From Candidatus Peribacteria bacterium (GTDB lineage: Bacteria > Patescibacteriota > Gracilibacteria > Peribacterales > Peribacteraceae), in the NCBI GenBank assembly GCA_943350395.1, contig CALRAD010000003.1, forward strand, positions 20,747 through 84,746: a DNA stretch of 64,000 nt, in the 5' to 3' direction. Position 1 is the first letter of the stretch, and every line of letters starts with the position of its first letter. Below are positions 37,796 to 46,310 of the stretch, in pieces. The notes under the pieces were generated by a model that did no database searches, was not told the DNA's origin, and was given only the letters and a program-made list of their open reading frames with translations. Position numbers and translations under genes: made by a program.

Positions 37796-40042
37796 TCATT
37801 TGCCCCGCATGACCCCGAGGAGCCAGCTCGGGAAATGAAGCCAGCTTCTTCCTTCGAGAAATTGACGTTCTGTGACGCTGTACCATTGATCCGATGTCGC
37901 AAACCGATCCGCATGGAGAGCAAGCCTTGTTTGTGTCATGCCGTGAATGCTCTGGTCTGCGCCGTAGATAGAGAGCGGGGAATAGAGCACGATGGCGGGG
38001 ATGTCTTTTTTGAACAGATTCTTCAACTCCGATAGCGCATTGGTGCGGGATTTGACGTTACTGGTTTCCCGGATGCGCACAAGCTCACTGTCGGCTTCAA
38101 AGGAGGTGTACTGCGACAAGTTGAATGCGTCCAGTTTCATCTTCTTTGCATCTTTGCTGCGATCCTGAATCTGGCTGCTATGCCAGTAAGGGTAGCTGTC
38201 CAGATTGTCGAACAGCGATTGTCCGAAGAGGAGGATGTCGTAGTTTCTTTTCAAGAGTTTTTCCTCAAATTCGCGTTTGGACTCCGGAATATCGAGTTTG
38301 ATCTCGACGCCGACACTCTGCCACTGTTTTTGGATGATGGCGGCGACAGCGGGATAGCTCGCCGGCGTCGCACTCGTGAGCAGTGTGAGGAAGAGGGGAT
38401 TACCTTTTCCGTCGATGCGCGTGTGCGGCTGATCTGTTGCGGTTTTGCGTCGCAGAAAGCGGTGATCGAGATAAAGGTTTCCGATGCCAATGAACGTCGG
38501 GTCGGTTTCTCTCAGCTTCTTCGATCGCAGGAACTCCGTCACCAGTCTCTGTTCCTCGGATGCCAGTGAAAATATTCGCGCATCGGTGATGCGATCCAGG
38601 AACGCCGTATCGATGATGTCATTTTTGCCGTCTGTAAGCTGCACGATGTTCATGCCCATCTTCAGCGTTCCGCTGCCGCCGTTTCCGGCCTTCAGACGGA
38701 CGATCCAACTTCCGGACAATGTCTGGACGGTGCCGTCTTTCAAAACCACTCCCGTTTGCACCTGTGTTCCGTTCACGGAAACCGGCATCTTGATGCCTTG
38801 CATCGAACCTGTCACCGTCAGGATAGAGCCGCTCCCGAGCAGTGCAATTCGGGGAATCGAGGAGAGAGGTCCGACTGCGTTCGCTTCATGTTGTTCGAGG
38901 AGTCGTTGCAGATGCACTTTCTCAGGAATGTTCCAGCTGGATTCGAAGAATGCCCCTTTTGCTGCGGCAGCATCGAATCGGTATCGCCAGTCACCCGTGT
39001 CGAGCTCGAGCAGGGGAGTATCGATGATCTGCGTTTCATGAATCGCATCGGCGACCTCCTGTTTATTCACTGCAAGTTGCAGCCCGAGCCTTACACCTTT
39101 GTCTGCGGGAACGTCACGGTCGAGATTGAAGAAGAGAGCGACGTACTGCGGCAACGTGTAGGGCATGGGACGGAAATGCCTCGGGAGAATGGGGAGACCT
39201 TTCTCGTTTCTCGGTACGACACGTACCCCGTTTAAGTTTGTGATGTCCGTGAGGAGTGCCGAGTAGTCTGGAAATACTCGGAGTACCATGCGGTCGATTT
39301 TATAGTCGGGCATGCCCGGTCTGTCGAAACGCTTGATGGTAATTTCGGTCGAGAGGTCGGTCTGGAGCATACTGACAAAGCCATAGGGACCGGCGCCGAT
39401 GGGGTGGAAACCGAAGTCCAGTGTTTGGTCCAGTTTGCCTGCGGGGACGTCGACGAAGGATGCGGCCGGCAGCAGTCCGAGCGTCAAGTTGCTGGTGAAG
39501 AACGAGTAGGGTTTGCTGAGTCGGAAGCGGACAGTGCGTTCGTCGATTTTATCGATTTCGATGCCTTGGAAATTTTGCTTCAGGATTGGATTCGAGAATT
39601 CGGGATTTTGGATTGTTGTAAACGTGAAGACAACGTCGTCCGCCGTAATCGGATGTGGTTTTTCTTTCGTCGAATCGTGCCATACCAAGTCCGGCTTCAG
39701 TGTTGCCGTGAAGACGCGATTGTCGCTGCTGATCTTCACTGTTGCGAGGTCGTCGACGATTTTTCCGGTTGCCGGGTCGTACTTCATCAGACCTGAGAAG
39801 ATCAGGGACACGATGTCCCTATTCACGTCGTTGCCCGTGACGAACCAGGGATTCAAGGGCTGGAGTTCTCCGACCGATCCCTCGATGTACGTTCCTCCTC
39901 TTACGGCCACGAACATCGTGTTTTGTACGTAGAATCGTCGCAGGAGCACGACGAAGCTAATAATGAGAATACTCAGGAGCACCGACAGAACGATGCGTTC
40001 CACTTTGGTCATTGCCGAAAGAAGTCTCAGAAGAGAACGCAT
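37796..40042 (-). CDS. Family 5 ABC substrate-binding protein (OppA/DppA-like), membrane-anchored, with an inserted domain
   Basis: Motifs GGTYIEG, LNP, LIFSGLMKYD, WHD...ITADDVVFT, PIGAGPY. Confidence 0.88.
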   Translation of the reverse strand: MRSLLRLLSAMTKVERIVLSVLLSILIISFVVLLRRFYVQNTMFVAVRGGTYIEGSVGELQPLNPWFVTGNDVNRDIVSLIFSGLMKYDPATGKIVDDLATVKISSDNRVFTATLKPDLVWHDSTKEKPHPITADDVVFTFTTIQNPEFSNPILKQNFQGIEIDKIDERTVRFRLSKPYSFFTSNLTLGLLPAASFVDVPAGKLDQTLDFGFHPIGAGPYGFVSMLQTDLSTEITIKRFDRPGMPDYKIDRMVLRVFPDYSALLTDITNLNGVRVVPRNEKGLPILPRHFRPMPYTLPQYVALFFNLDRDVPADKGVRLGLQLAVNKQEVADAIHETQIIDTPLLELDTGDWRYRFDAAAAKGAFFESSWNIPEKVHLQRLLEQHEANAVGPLSSIPRIALLGSGSILTVTGSMQGIKMPVSVNGTQVQTGVVLKDGTVQTLSGSWIVRLKAGNGGSGTLKMGMNIVQLTDGKNDIIDTAFLDRITDARIFSLASEEQRLVTEFLRSKKLRETDPTFIGIGNLYLDHRFLRRKTATDQPHTRIDGKGNPLFLTLLTSATPASYPAVAAIIQKQWQSVGVEIKLDIPESKREFEEKLLKRNYDILLFGQSLFDNLDSYPYWHSSQIQDRSKDAKKMKLDAFNLSQYTSFEADSELVRIRETSNVKSRTNALSELKNLFKKDIPAIVLYSPLSIYGADQSIHGMTQTRLALHADRFATSDQWYSVTERQFLEGRSWLHFPSWLLGVMRGK

Positions 40043-40093
40043 GATTTATCTGTACCGAGCACTATACCAGCACTTTCGAGCAACCGTGAGGCT

Positions 40094-40309
40094 TTAGATG
40101 TACATCAGTGCGATCGCGATCGCGAAGAAGGCGACGGAGATCCAGACTGTCAGCGTGAAGAGAACTTTCTCAGCTCCGCGACGCTGAACGTACGCCGTTC
40201 CGCCTCCTCCGAACGTGGCGGAGAGACCCGATGCTCGGTGTTGCAGGAGGATCAGGAGTGCAAGAAGCGACCCGAGAACCATTTCGATGACGAGGAGGAT
40301 CTGTGACAT
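40094..40309 (-). CDS. secG: Preprotein translocase subunit SecG
   Basis: ILLQHRASGLSATFGG...RRGAEKVLF, 2 TM segments. Confidence 0.93.
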   Translation of the reverse strand: MSQILLVIEMVLGSLLALLILLQHRASGLSATFGGGGTAYVQRRGAEKVLFTLTVWISVAFFAIAIALMYI

Positions 40310-40336
40310 AGCGGAGGTATGGTAGTGGAGAGAGTG

Positions 40337-40364
40337 GACAATTGACAATAGACAATAGACAATC
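40337..40364 (+). repeat. Tandem heptamer (GACAATH) x4
   Basis: GACAATT GACAATA GACAATA GACAATC, in the divergent secG/tRNA-Val promoter region. Confidence 0.75.
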
Positions 40365-40374
40365 GTCGTACGTC

Positions 40375-40451
40375 GGGCGCCTAGCTCAGCTGGTTAGAGC
40401 ATCTCGCTTACACCGAGAGGGTCGGGGGTTCGAATCCCTTGGCGCCCACCA
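40375..40451 (+). tRNA. tRNA-Val(TAC)
   Basis: GGGCGCC...TCTCG-CTTACAC-CGAGA...GGCGCCC-ACCA. Confidence 0.95.
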
Positions 40452-40487
40452 ATTGCAAAATAGTGTTTTATCTGTTAAAATAGTAAT

Positions 40488-42440
40488 GTGGCTCCTGAAC
40501 AAACAAAAAAAACAGAGATTTCCTCGGAGGATCCGAATGAGACTGCTCGTCGCAAATCTGAGCAGACTGTCTATATGGGGAAATTACAAGCGATGCAGCT
40601 TCAACAGCAGAATGCCATTACCTCTAACGCAGCAAAGGTTGTGGTGAAATCTTTGGACATTCCATATGATCAGATCAGAAAATCTTTGTCTGCTCCGCAA
40701 AAGAACCCGGAGCAACAATCAATCGTCGATCTCTATACACAGGAAATCATACAAACAATAAAATACATCGAAGCAAGCCAGAGAAATCTTGATTCAATAA
40801 AGGAATGGCGAAAAACCAATAGAAACGCTGAGGACTTATTGGCTGATGCGCTGACATCTGTCAGTAAAAAGATAAACATGCCGGTTGATACTCTGCGCTC
40901 GATCTGCGAAGCTAAAAACTTCTTTGAGGAACAAAAGGATTTGCCAACAGGCTTACTCCTAGCTGAGAAAGCAGAAGCGTTAAAAACTGTCGTTGATACA
41001 TATCTTAAAACGGAGAGATCTGTTATTGAAAATCAAAAGTATCTTACTGTGCTCAAGGGATGGCGAGGCATCGAAGTGCACAATGGAAGTGCTGAGGATT
41101 TGTTCACTGAAGCGTTGGCTGATGTGAGCAAGAAAGCACGCATTGCCCCAGAAGTTTTACGTGCAGTCTGCGATGCAAAAAGCCTCTATGAGCAACAAAA
41201 AGACTTACCAACAGATTTATCGCTCGCCGAGAAAGCAAAAGCAATAAAAACTGTCCACGATACATTCGTAGAGCTCGAGAATAGATTCAGATCTGAACAG
41301 GCACTGGAAACTGAGGTCTTGGATATTGATGCACTAATAGCAAAAACGAATGTCAGTGCGGAGCAAAAAGCACAGTGGAAACAGATGCTCACCTTGGATA
41401 TCCCCAAAGATGCCCGGATCAAAGTAATCTCACTCATCGGGGGAGCGGGACTTTCCATGAAAGGCGAATTGGATCACGTGAAGAGTGGCTTGAAAAAAGC
41501 AAAGGGCACATCGACGGTGATATATGCGAGCACAATCGATAATACAAAACTCACAAAAGAAGAGACTCTTGTGGCAATGAAAAGAGAGGAGGAAGCCGAC
41601 GATGCCGATTTCATCATCGTATATGCGTCGAGTCATGGTTTAACCCCAAGCATTGACACCCCTGAATTACCAATGCGCCTAGGATTTACAGAGCTCGGCT
41701 CGAAGGATGATATCTTCCATATTCAGAATGAAAAGGCAACTGATACAGCGGATAGTAAAATGTACAAATACTATTCAGAAGCAACAGAGGCTGTTCAGGC
41801 CTTATTGAAGGAAAATCCGAACTTCTTCAAGGACCGAAAAGGGCAACCACGAGTGATCAAACCCGGCGAAATTGTAACAATCGGAAAACATAACATTCGT
41901 ATCATAGAGGATACGAAGGAACCTGATGAATTAATCAAGCGTCTTTTGTTGTACTTATACGTTCAAGATATCGCGCAACACAGCGTGAGCTCGGATGATC
42001 TGTTAAAATTGCAGCAGGAAGCGGTCAGCAAAAATCCAAAAAAAGAAGTTCTGTATATACTGGATAATTGCTTTTCGGGATCGGCAACGGACGATCGGCT
42101 GGCATCACTCCCCAGTACAAAAGCGATTCTAGCAGCTTCATCAGCAGACGAGCCTGCCCGTGAAAGCTCCAAAACTCATCGCGGAGAATTCATGGAAGAG
42201 CTGTTTCACAATTTAGAACTGGGAAATTCTCTCGGAGAAGCTTTCATTCGAGCGGATATAAAACTGAATTTTAGCGCTCATCCACGTTTCAGTCCGTCAT
42301 CAGGAGCAAAACATTGGCAGAATCCATCTGGTGCCGTCAAAAATGTAAAGGGTGAAACCATCCGCGTAAGTTCAGTCTCAGATTCTATCTTTCCGATAAG
42401 AGATAATTCTGATGAAAAAGACAGGGTTGCCCAGTCATAA
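40488..42440 (+). CDS. Caspase-like (clan CD) cysteine peptidase with N-terminal duplicated helical repeat and LysM-like insert
   Basis: IIVYASSHG (His), LYILDNCFSG (Cys), ILAASSADE and GEFMEEL. Promoter TTGCAA-17-TAAAAT-6nt-GTG. AT-rich. Confidence 0.75.
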   Translation: MAPEQTKKTEISSEDPNETARRKSEQTVYMGKLQAMQLQQQNAITSNAAKVVVKSLDIPYDQIRKSLSAPQKNPEQQSIVDLYTQEIIQTIKYIEASQRNLDSIKEWRKTNRNAEDLLADALTSVSKKINMPVDTLRSICEAKNFFEEQKDLPTGLLLAEKAEALKTVVDTYLKTERSVIENQKYLTVLKGWRGIEVHNGSAEDLFTEALADVSKKARIAPEVLRAVCDAKSLYEQQKDLPTDLSLAEKAKAIKTVHDTFVELENRFRSEQALETEVLDIDALIAKTNVSAEQKAQWKQMLTLDIPKDARIKVISLIGGAGLSMKGELDHVKSGLKKAKGTSTVIYASTIDNTKLTKEETLVAMKREEEADDADFIIVYASSHGLTPSIDTPELPMRLGFTELGSKDDIFHIQNEKATDTADSKMYKYYSEATEAVQALLKENPNFFKDRKGQPRVIKPGEIVTIGKHNIRIIEDTKEPDELIKRLLLYLYVQDIAQHSVSSDDLLKLQQEAVSKNPKKEVLYILDNCFSGSATDDRLASLPSTKAILAASSADEPARESSKTHRGEFMEELFHNLELGNSLGEAFIRADIKLNFSAHPRFSPSSGAKHWQNPSGAVKNVKGETIRVSSVSDSIFPIRDNSDEKDRVAQS

Positions 42441-42688
42441 CGAGGTTTGCACTTCCACAACTCCAAAACAGTTTTCGCATGAAGTTTGAATTTGTTTCTC
42501 ATCTATTATTTTTTTGTGGAATGGGTTCTGGAATTGATTATTCCCCAAAAACCCCACCTTCATCCTAAACCCAAACAAATAGTAACCTAGGGGCAAGCAC
42601 GCACCAACTTTTGGCTTCGATAAGACATTCCAGCGTTTCGGCTGTCTATTTTCTTTGACGACGCTTGACTGAAGGGGATAGTCGCATC

Positions 42689-43054
42689 ATGCACATGGGT
42701 CATCTTGAGCATTTACTCCATTTTGAGTCGGATACGACAGCCTGCCCCGATGTGGCAGTCGAAACGATAGCAATGAATACCGTCTCAGGCGTGCAGGAAG
42801 TGGGAGCTGATGGATTTGCCTTGGCTCAGACTTTCGAAACGCGGTCGGAGACTGTGTTGCCGCATCATGAATTTCTTCACACTCCCGAGCAAATATCTGT
42901 CGATTGTATTGCTGAGAATATTGTAGCCAGAGCGCGTCGTTCTTCTGGTTCACTTTTGAACGATAATTATGCAGAACCTCGAAAACCAAGGAGAAGCCAT
43001 AAGATCCACAAGGTTGTCGTTCGTACGCCACTCAAGTGTTCCAGGAGGAGGTGA
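42689..43054 (+). CDS. Hypothetical protein
   Basis: Fills the gap before rplU; TTGACG-16-GATAGT-6nt-ATG. No recognisable motif. Confidence 0.45.
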   Translation: MHMGHLEHLLHFESDTTACPDVAVETIAMNTVSGVQEVGADGFALAQTFETRSETVLPHHEFLHTPEQISVDCIAENIVARARRSSGSLLNDNYAEPRKPRRSHKIHKVVVRTPLKCSRRR

Positions 43055-43101
43055 AAGTTGTGTTGCATCGCCTCCCTTCGCCCGCTACACTCCCCGAGCT
43101 C

Positions 43102-43419
43102 ATGTTTGCGTTCGTCAACATCGCCGGCTTCCAGGAGAAGGTGGAGAAGGGTATGAAAATGCATGTCCCGAGTCTTGAAGCAAAGGACGGCGAGACCGTG
43201 ACGTTTGATCAGGTCATGCTTCTTTCGGAGGACGGAAAAACTGCGATCGTCGGTAAGCCGTACATCGCCGGAGCGAAGGTCGAGGCAAAAGTGCTGATGC
43301 ACGGACTCGACGACAAGATTGTCGTTCGCAAGTTTAAGCGTCGCAAGCGTTACCACAAGACACTCAGAGGACACCGACAGGGATATACGGAGATCGAGAT
43401 CACAGCGATTTCGAAATAG
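43102..43419 (+). CDS. rplU: 50S ribosomal protein L21
   Basis: Motifs MFAFVNIAGFQEKV, VGKPYI, KFKRRKRY...GHRQ.YT. Confidence 0.96.
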   Translation: MFAFVNIAGFQEKVEKGMKMHVPSLEAKDGETVTFDQVMLLSEDGKTAIVGKPYIAGAKVEAKVLMHGLDDKIVVRKFKRRKRYHKTLRGHRQGYTEIEITAISK

Positions 43420-43443
43420 GTCGCTTCTTCATCTCGATGAAGA

Positions 43444-44520
43444 TTATATTTTTTGTGATGAAATTTCTTTTTGCAAATTTCGCATGTGTTTCAGAATCAC
43501 CCCCATATTCTGCAAGCACGCGAGAGTTTCTCCGTAGCGTTCGCCGATGCGAAGCAGATGATGCAGGTAGCTTTTGAGATGTTTGCGGCTTGTTGGAGCA
43601 GGTGAGTCTTGGTCGATCGGCGTGTGATCATTCTGGAATTCCTGACGACGGATACGGAGTTTCTTCCCTTCGGAAAGCCATACGTTTCCATGCCTGGCTT
43701 CGCGCATCGGAGAGACACAATCGAACATATCGATCCCGAGGCGCACGGCTTCCCGTATTTGATGCAGTTCGCCTACACCCATCAGGTAGCGTGGTTTATT
43801 TTCGGGAAGCAGAGGACAGATTGCTTGCAGCACAGCGACCATTTCGTCTTCTGTTTCCCCGACGGCGAGTCCTCCGAGTGCGTACCCGTCGAAGCCGATT
43901 GCGATCAGTTCTTCTGCACATTTCTTCCGGAGATCGAGTTCGAGACCGCCCTGCACAATACCAAACAGCATCGGTGAACTTTTTCTCTCGACCTTCAGCC
44001 GTTCATGTTCCTCTTTGCATTGCTTCGCCCACTTGAGAGTTCGGTCGACAGCCTTGATCTGATCTGCGCGAGGTGCAGTGGACGGTGGGCATTCATCGAA
44101 GCACATGATGATGTCCGCACCCAGTTTGTGTTGGACATTGGTCGCTTCGATCGGACCCAGAAAGAGGGGATTTCCGTTTCGGTGATCTTTAAATGCGACA
44201 CCTTCGTCCGTGATTGAACGAATATTCTCGAGAGAGAAGACTTGAAATCCGCCGGAATCAGTGAGGATAGGCTTCTCCCAGCGGATGAATGAGTGCAGTC
44301 CGCCGGCGTCGCTTACGATGTTCTCTCCCGGAGAGAGATGCAGATGATATGTATTGCAGAGGAGGATGTCAGCACCCAGACCCAGAAGATCATCGAACGT
44401 AATTCCCTTCATTGCTCCTGCCGTAGCGACCGGCATGAAAAACGGCGTGGGTATGTTGCCGTGAGGAGTTTGTATTTCCCCGTTTCTGCCGCAGGAAGTG
44501 CTCTTTTTCAGATCGAACAT
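43444..44520 (-). CDS. tgt: tRNA-guanine transglycosylase
   Basis: Motifs TPFFMPVAT, NTYHL, LTDSGGFQVFSL, FDEC, GIVQGG, GGLAVGE, RYLMGVG, DMFDCV. Confidence 0.96.
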   Translation of the reverse strand: MFDLKKSTSCGRNGEIQTPHGNIPTPFFMPVATAGAMKGITFDDLLGLGADILLCNTYHLHLSPGENIVSDAGGLHSFIRWEKPILTDSGGFQVFSLENIRSITDEGVAFKDHRNGNPLFLGPIEATNVQHKLGADIIMCFDECPPSTAPRADQIKAVDRTLKWAKQCKEEHERLKVERKSSPMLFGIVQGGLELDLRKKCAEELIAIGFDGYALGGLAVGETEDEMVAVLQAICPLLPENKPRYLMGVGELHQIREAVRLGIDMFDCVSPMREARHGNVWLSEGKKLRIRRQEFQNDHTPIDQDSPAPTSRKHLKSYLHHLLRIGERYGETLACLQNMGVILKHMRNLQKEISSQKI

Positions 44521-44628
44521 GCAGACAGTGTACCCTTGTTTTGGTTCCTCTTGCCTCTTCGGATTTTTATCACTTTTTATTATTTTACTGTGCGATAATT
44601 CCTCCGAATTCTTTCCCCCTTCCCTTCT

Positions 44629-45102
44629 ATGTCCTGCTGTTCTTCTTCCGCGCCATGCTCGTGTGGCAGCACCAAGTGTCCTTCGAAGTTCTCGTGCTGG
44701 ATTCCGCGCATTGCGTTCGGTTTGGTTCTCGCCGGATACGGCGTCAATCATTACCGCACACTCAGTCAGTTTGTCGGCATGGCGAAAGGCGTGTTCCCGA
44801 CTGTCGCTATTCTCGGTATGCTCTCTGGCATTCTCGCGTATATCGTTCCGGCTCTCATGATCGTCGGAGGCGTTCTCTTTGCCATTCGTCAGCTTTGCTG
44901 CCTCAGCAAGATGTGCATCCTCGCTTCTCTCGGTGGCATCATCGGTTGGGCGGGTCTCGCGGTTCTTGTCGGTGATGGCAATGCAGCAGGCGCCATGATG
45001 CCGATGATCCAGAACGCATCGATTCTTCTGATCCTCTACTACACGATCAAGAAGAAGCCTTCTTGCTCCACTGGTTCTTGCGCAGGCGGTTCCTGCAAAT
45101 AG
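44629..45102 (+). CDS. DoxX-like membrane protein with Cys-rich termini
   Basis: RIAFGLVLAGYG, about 4 TM segments, own terminator downstream. Confidence 0.7.
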   Translation: MSCCSSSAPCSCGSTKCPSKFSCWIPRIAFGLVLAGYGVNHYRTLSQFVGMAKGVFPTVAILGMLSGILAYIVPALMIVGGVLFAIRQLCCLSKMCILASLGGIIGWAGLAVLVGDGNAAGAMMPMIQNASILLILYYTIKKKPSCSTGSCAGGSCK

Positions 45103-45120
45103 TTTGATCGTTTGAATATT

Positions 45121-45152
45121 AAAAAGGAGAGAGTGATCCTCTCTCCTTTTTT
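45121..45152. terminator. Bidirectional intrinsic terminator
   Basis: AAAAAGGAGAGAG-TGATC-CTCTCTCCTTTTTT between convergent genes. Confidence 0.88.
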
Positions 45153-45157
45153 GTTGT

Positions 45158-45385
45158 TTAGATCAATGCAGTCTTGAGATTATTCCTAATGTGAATTTCC
45201 ATTTCAGTAAAGACAATCCGAGCATCTGCAGTTCCTGCTTCCGCCTTTATCAGAGCTTGCCTCGGACTGATCGATTCATTACCGATCCTGATGCACTGAG
45301 CATCAGGTGCAGGTGAAGTAGCGTGGTACTCCCGTAACAGAGCGATTTCTGTTTGATTGAGCGGTTCCGAGTTAGTTGCATTCAT
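45158..45385 (-). CDS. Small hypothetical protein (75 aa)
   Basis: TACTCT 6 nt before the ATG; ends at the bidirectional terminator. Confidence 0.55.
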   Translation of the reverse strand: MNATNSEPLNQTEIALLREYHATSPAPDAQCIRIGNESISPRQALIKAEAGTADARIVFTEMEIHIRNNLKTALI

Positions 45386-45421
45386 GCAAATAGAGTACAG
45401 AATGCTATTCTAAATGCAAGC

Positions 45422-46069
45422 CTATTTTCTCTCGACCTTCGTGATGATCTTGTCGATCAATCCGTATTCGAGGGCATCTTTCGCCGTCATAAATTTATCG
45501 CGCTCCGTGTCGATCTTTACTTTGGCGAGTTTTTGTCCTGAGTGCAGTGCGATCAATTCGTTGAGGAGTCCCTTGGTCTGGATGATGTGTTCGGCATGGA
45601 TTGCGATATCTGTTGCTTGTCCTTCGGTACCTCCGAGAGGCTGGTGGATCATCACTTCGGAATGGGGGAGCGCAAAGCGCTTGCCCTTGGCACCGCCCAT
45701 GAGGATGATCGCGCCGCCGGAAGCAGCCATACCGAGACAGACTGTTGAAACATCGGGTTGTATCAATTGCATCGTGTCGTACATTGCCATCGTCGAGGTG
45801 ACCTGTCCTCCGGGAGAGTTGACGTAAAAGATGATGTCTTTCTTCGGATCCTGCTTCTCGAGGAAGAGGAGCTGCGCGATGACCGAATTTGCGACGTCGT
45901 CGTTGATCTGCGTGCCGAGAAACACGATGCGTTCCTCAAGGAGTCGCGAGTAGATGTCGTACACGCGCTCGCCGAATTGTGTCTTCTCGATGACGGTCGG
46001 AATGAGCGTTGCTTGCGGATAACGTCTCGAAGACATGCTCCTGGCAACGGATTGGATCATGGGATGCAT
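45422..46069 (-). CDS. clpP: ATP-dependent Clp protease proteolytic subunit
   Basis: Motifs [37 protein letters not shown]. Confidence 0.97.
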   Translation of the reverse strand: MHPMIQSVARSMSSRRYPQATLIPTVIEKTQFGERVYDIYSRLLEERIVFLGTQINDDVANSVIAQLLFLEKQDPKKDIIFYVNSPGGQVTSTMAMYDTMQLIQPDVSTVCLGMAASGGAIILMGGAKGKRFALPHSEVMIHQPLGGTEGQATDIAIHAEHIIQTKGLLNELIALHSGQKLAKVKIDTERDKFMTAKDALEYGLIDKIITKVERK

Positions 46070-46195
46070 ACGGAAGTGAGGAAAGAAATTCAGTGTCTAT
46101 GTTGTCATTATTATAGCGAAAATCATGAGTGTGCGGCAGTTCTCGTAATGTTCATAGTATGTTTTTTTGATGTATTGAGTAGTTTGGTTGTCATC

Positions 46196-46293
46196 ACCCC
46201 CACCCCTAACCCCTCCCCCGAAGGGGAGGGGAATGTCGTTATTATCAAATCAGAGCTTCCTTCCCCGTCGGGGGAAGGATTGAGGATGGGGGT
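46196..46293. repeat. Inverted pair of BoxC-like palindromes
   Basis: ACCCCCACCCCTAACCCCTCCCCCGAAGGGGAGGGG ... TCCTTCCCCGTCGGGGGAAGGATTGAGGATGGGGGT. Confidence 0.8.
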
Positions 46294-46310
46294 CCGCTAT
46301 GATCTCTTCG

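Noticed and set aside
42520-42575. Possible third copy of the 65-bp element (CCCCAAAAACCCCACCTTCATCCTAAACC)
   Set aside because: Only the low-complexity C/A tail is similar; the GGGAACC/GGTTCCC hairpin is absent.
40375-42700. Integrated island at tRNA-Val(TAC)
   Set aside because: The downstream gene is AT-rich, but there is no integrase and no convincing duplication of the tRNA 3' end (GCACGCACCAA near 42597 is too weak).
43444-44751. N-terminally extended versions of tgt, ftsA, comF, eno, queE, rplU, truB and lepA from the ORF track
   Set aside because: The extensions overlap neighbouring genes, tRNAs or promoters. Family homology starts at the downstream ATG, usually right after a -10 box.
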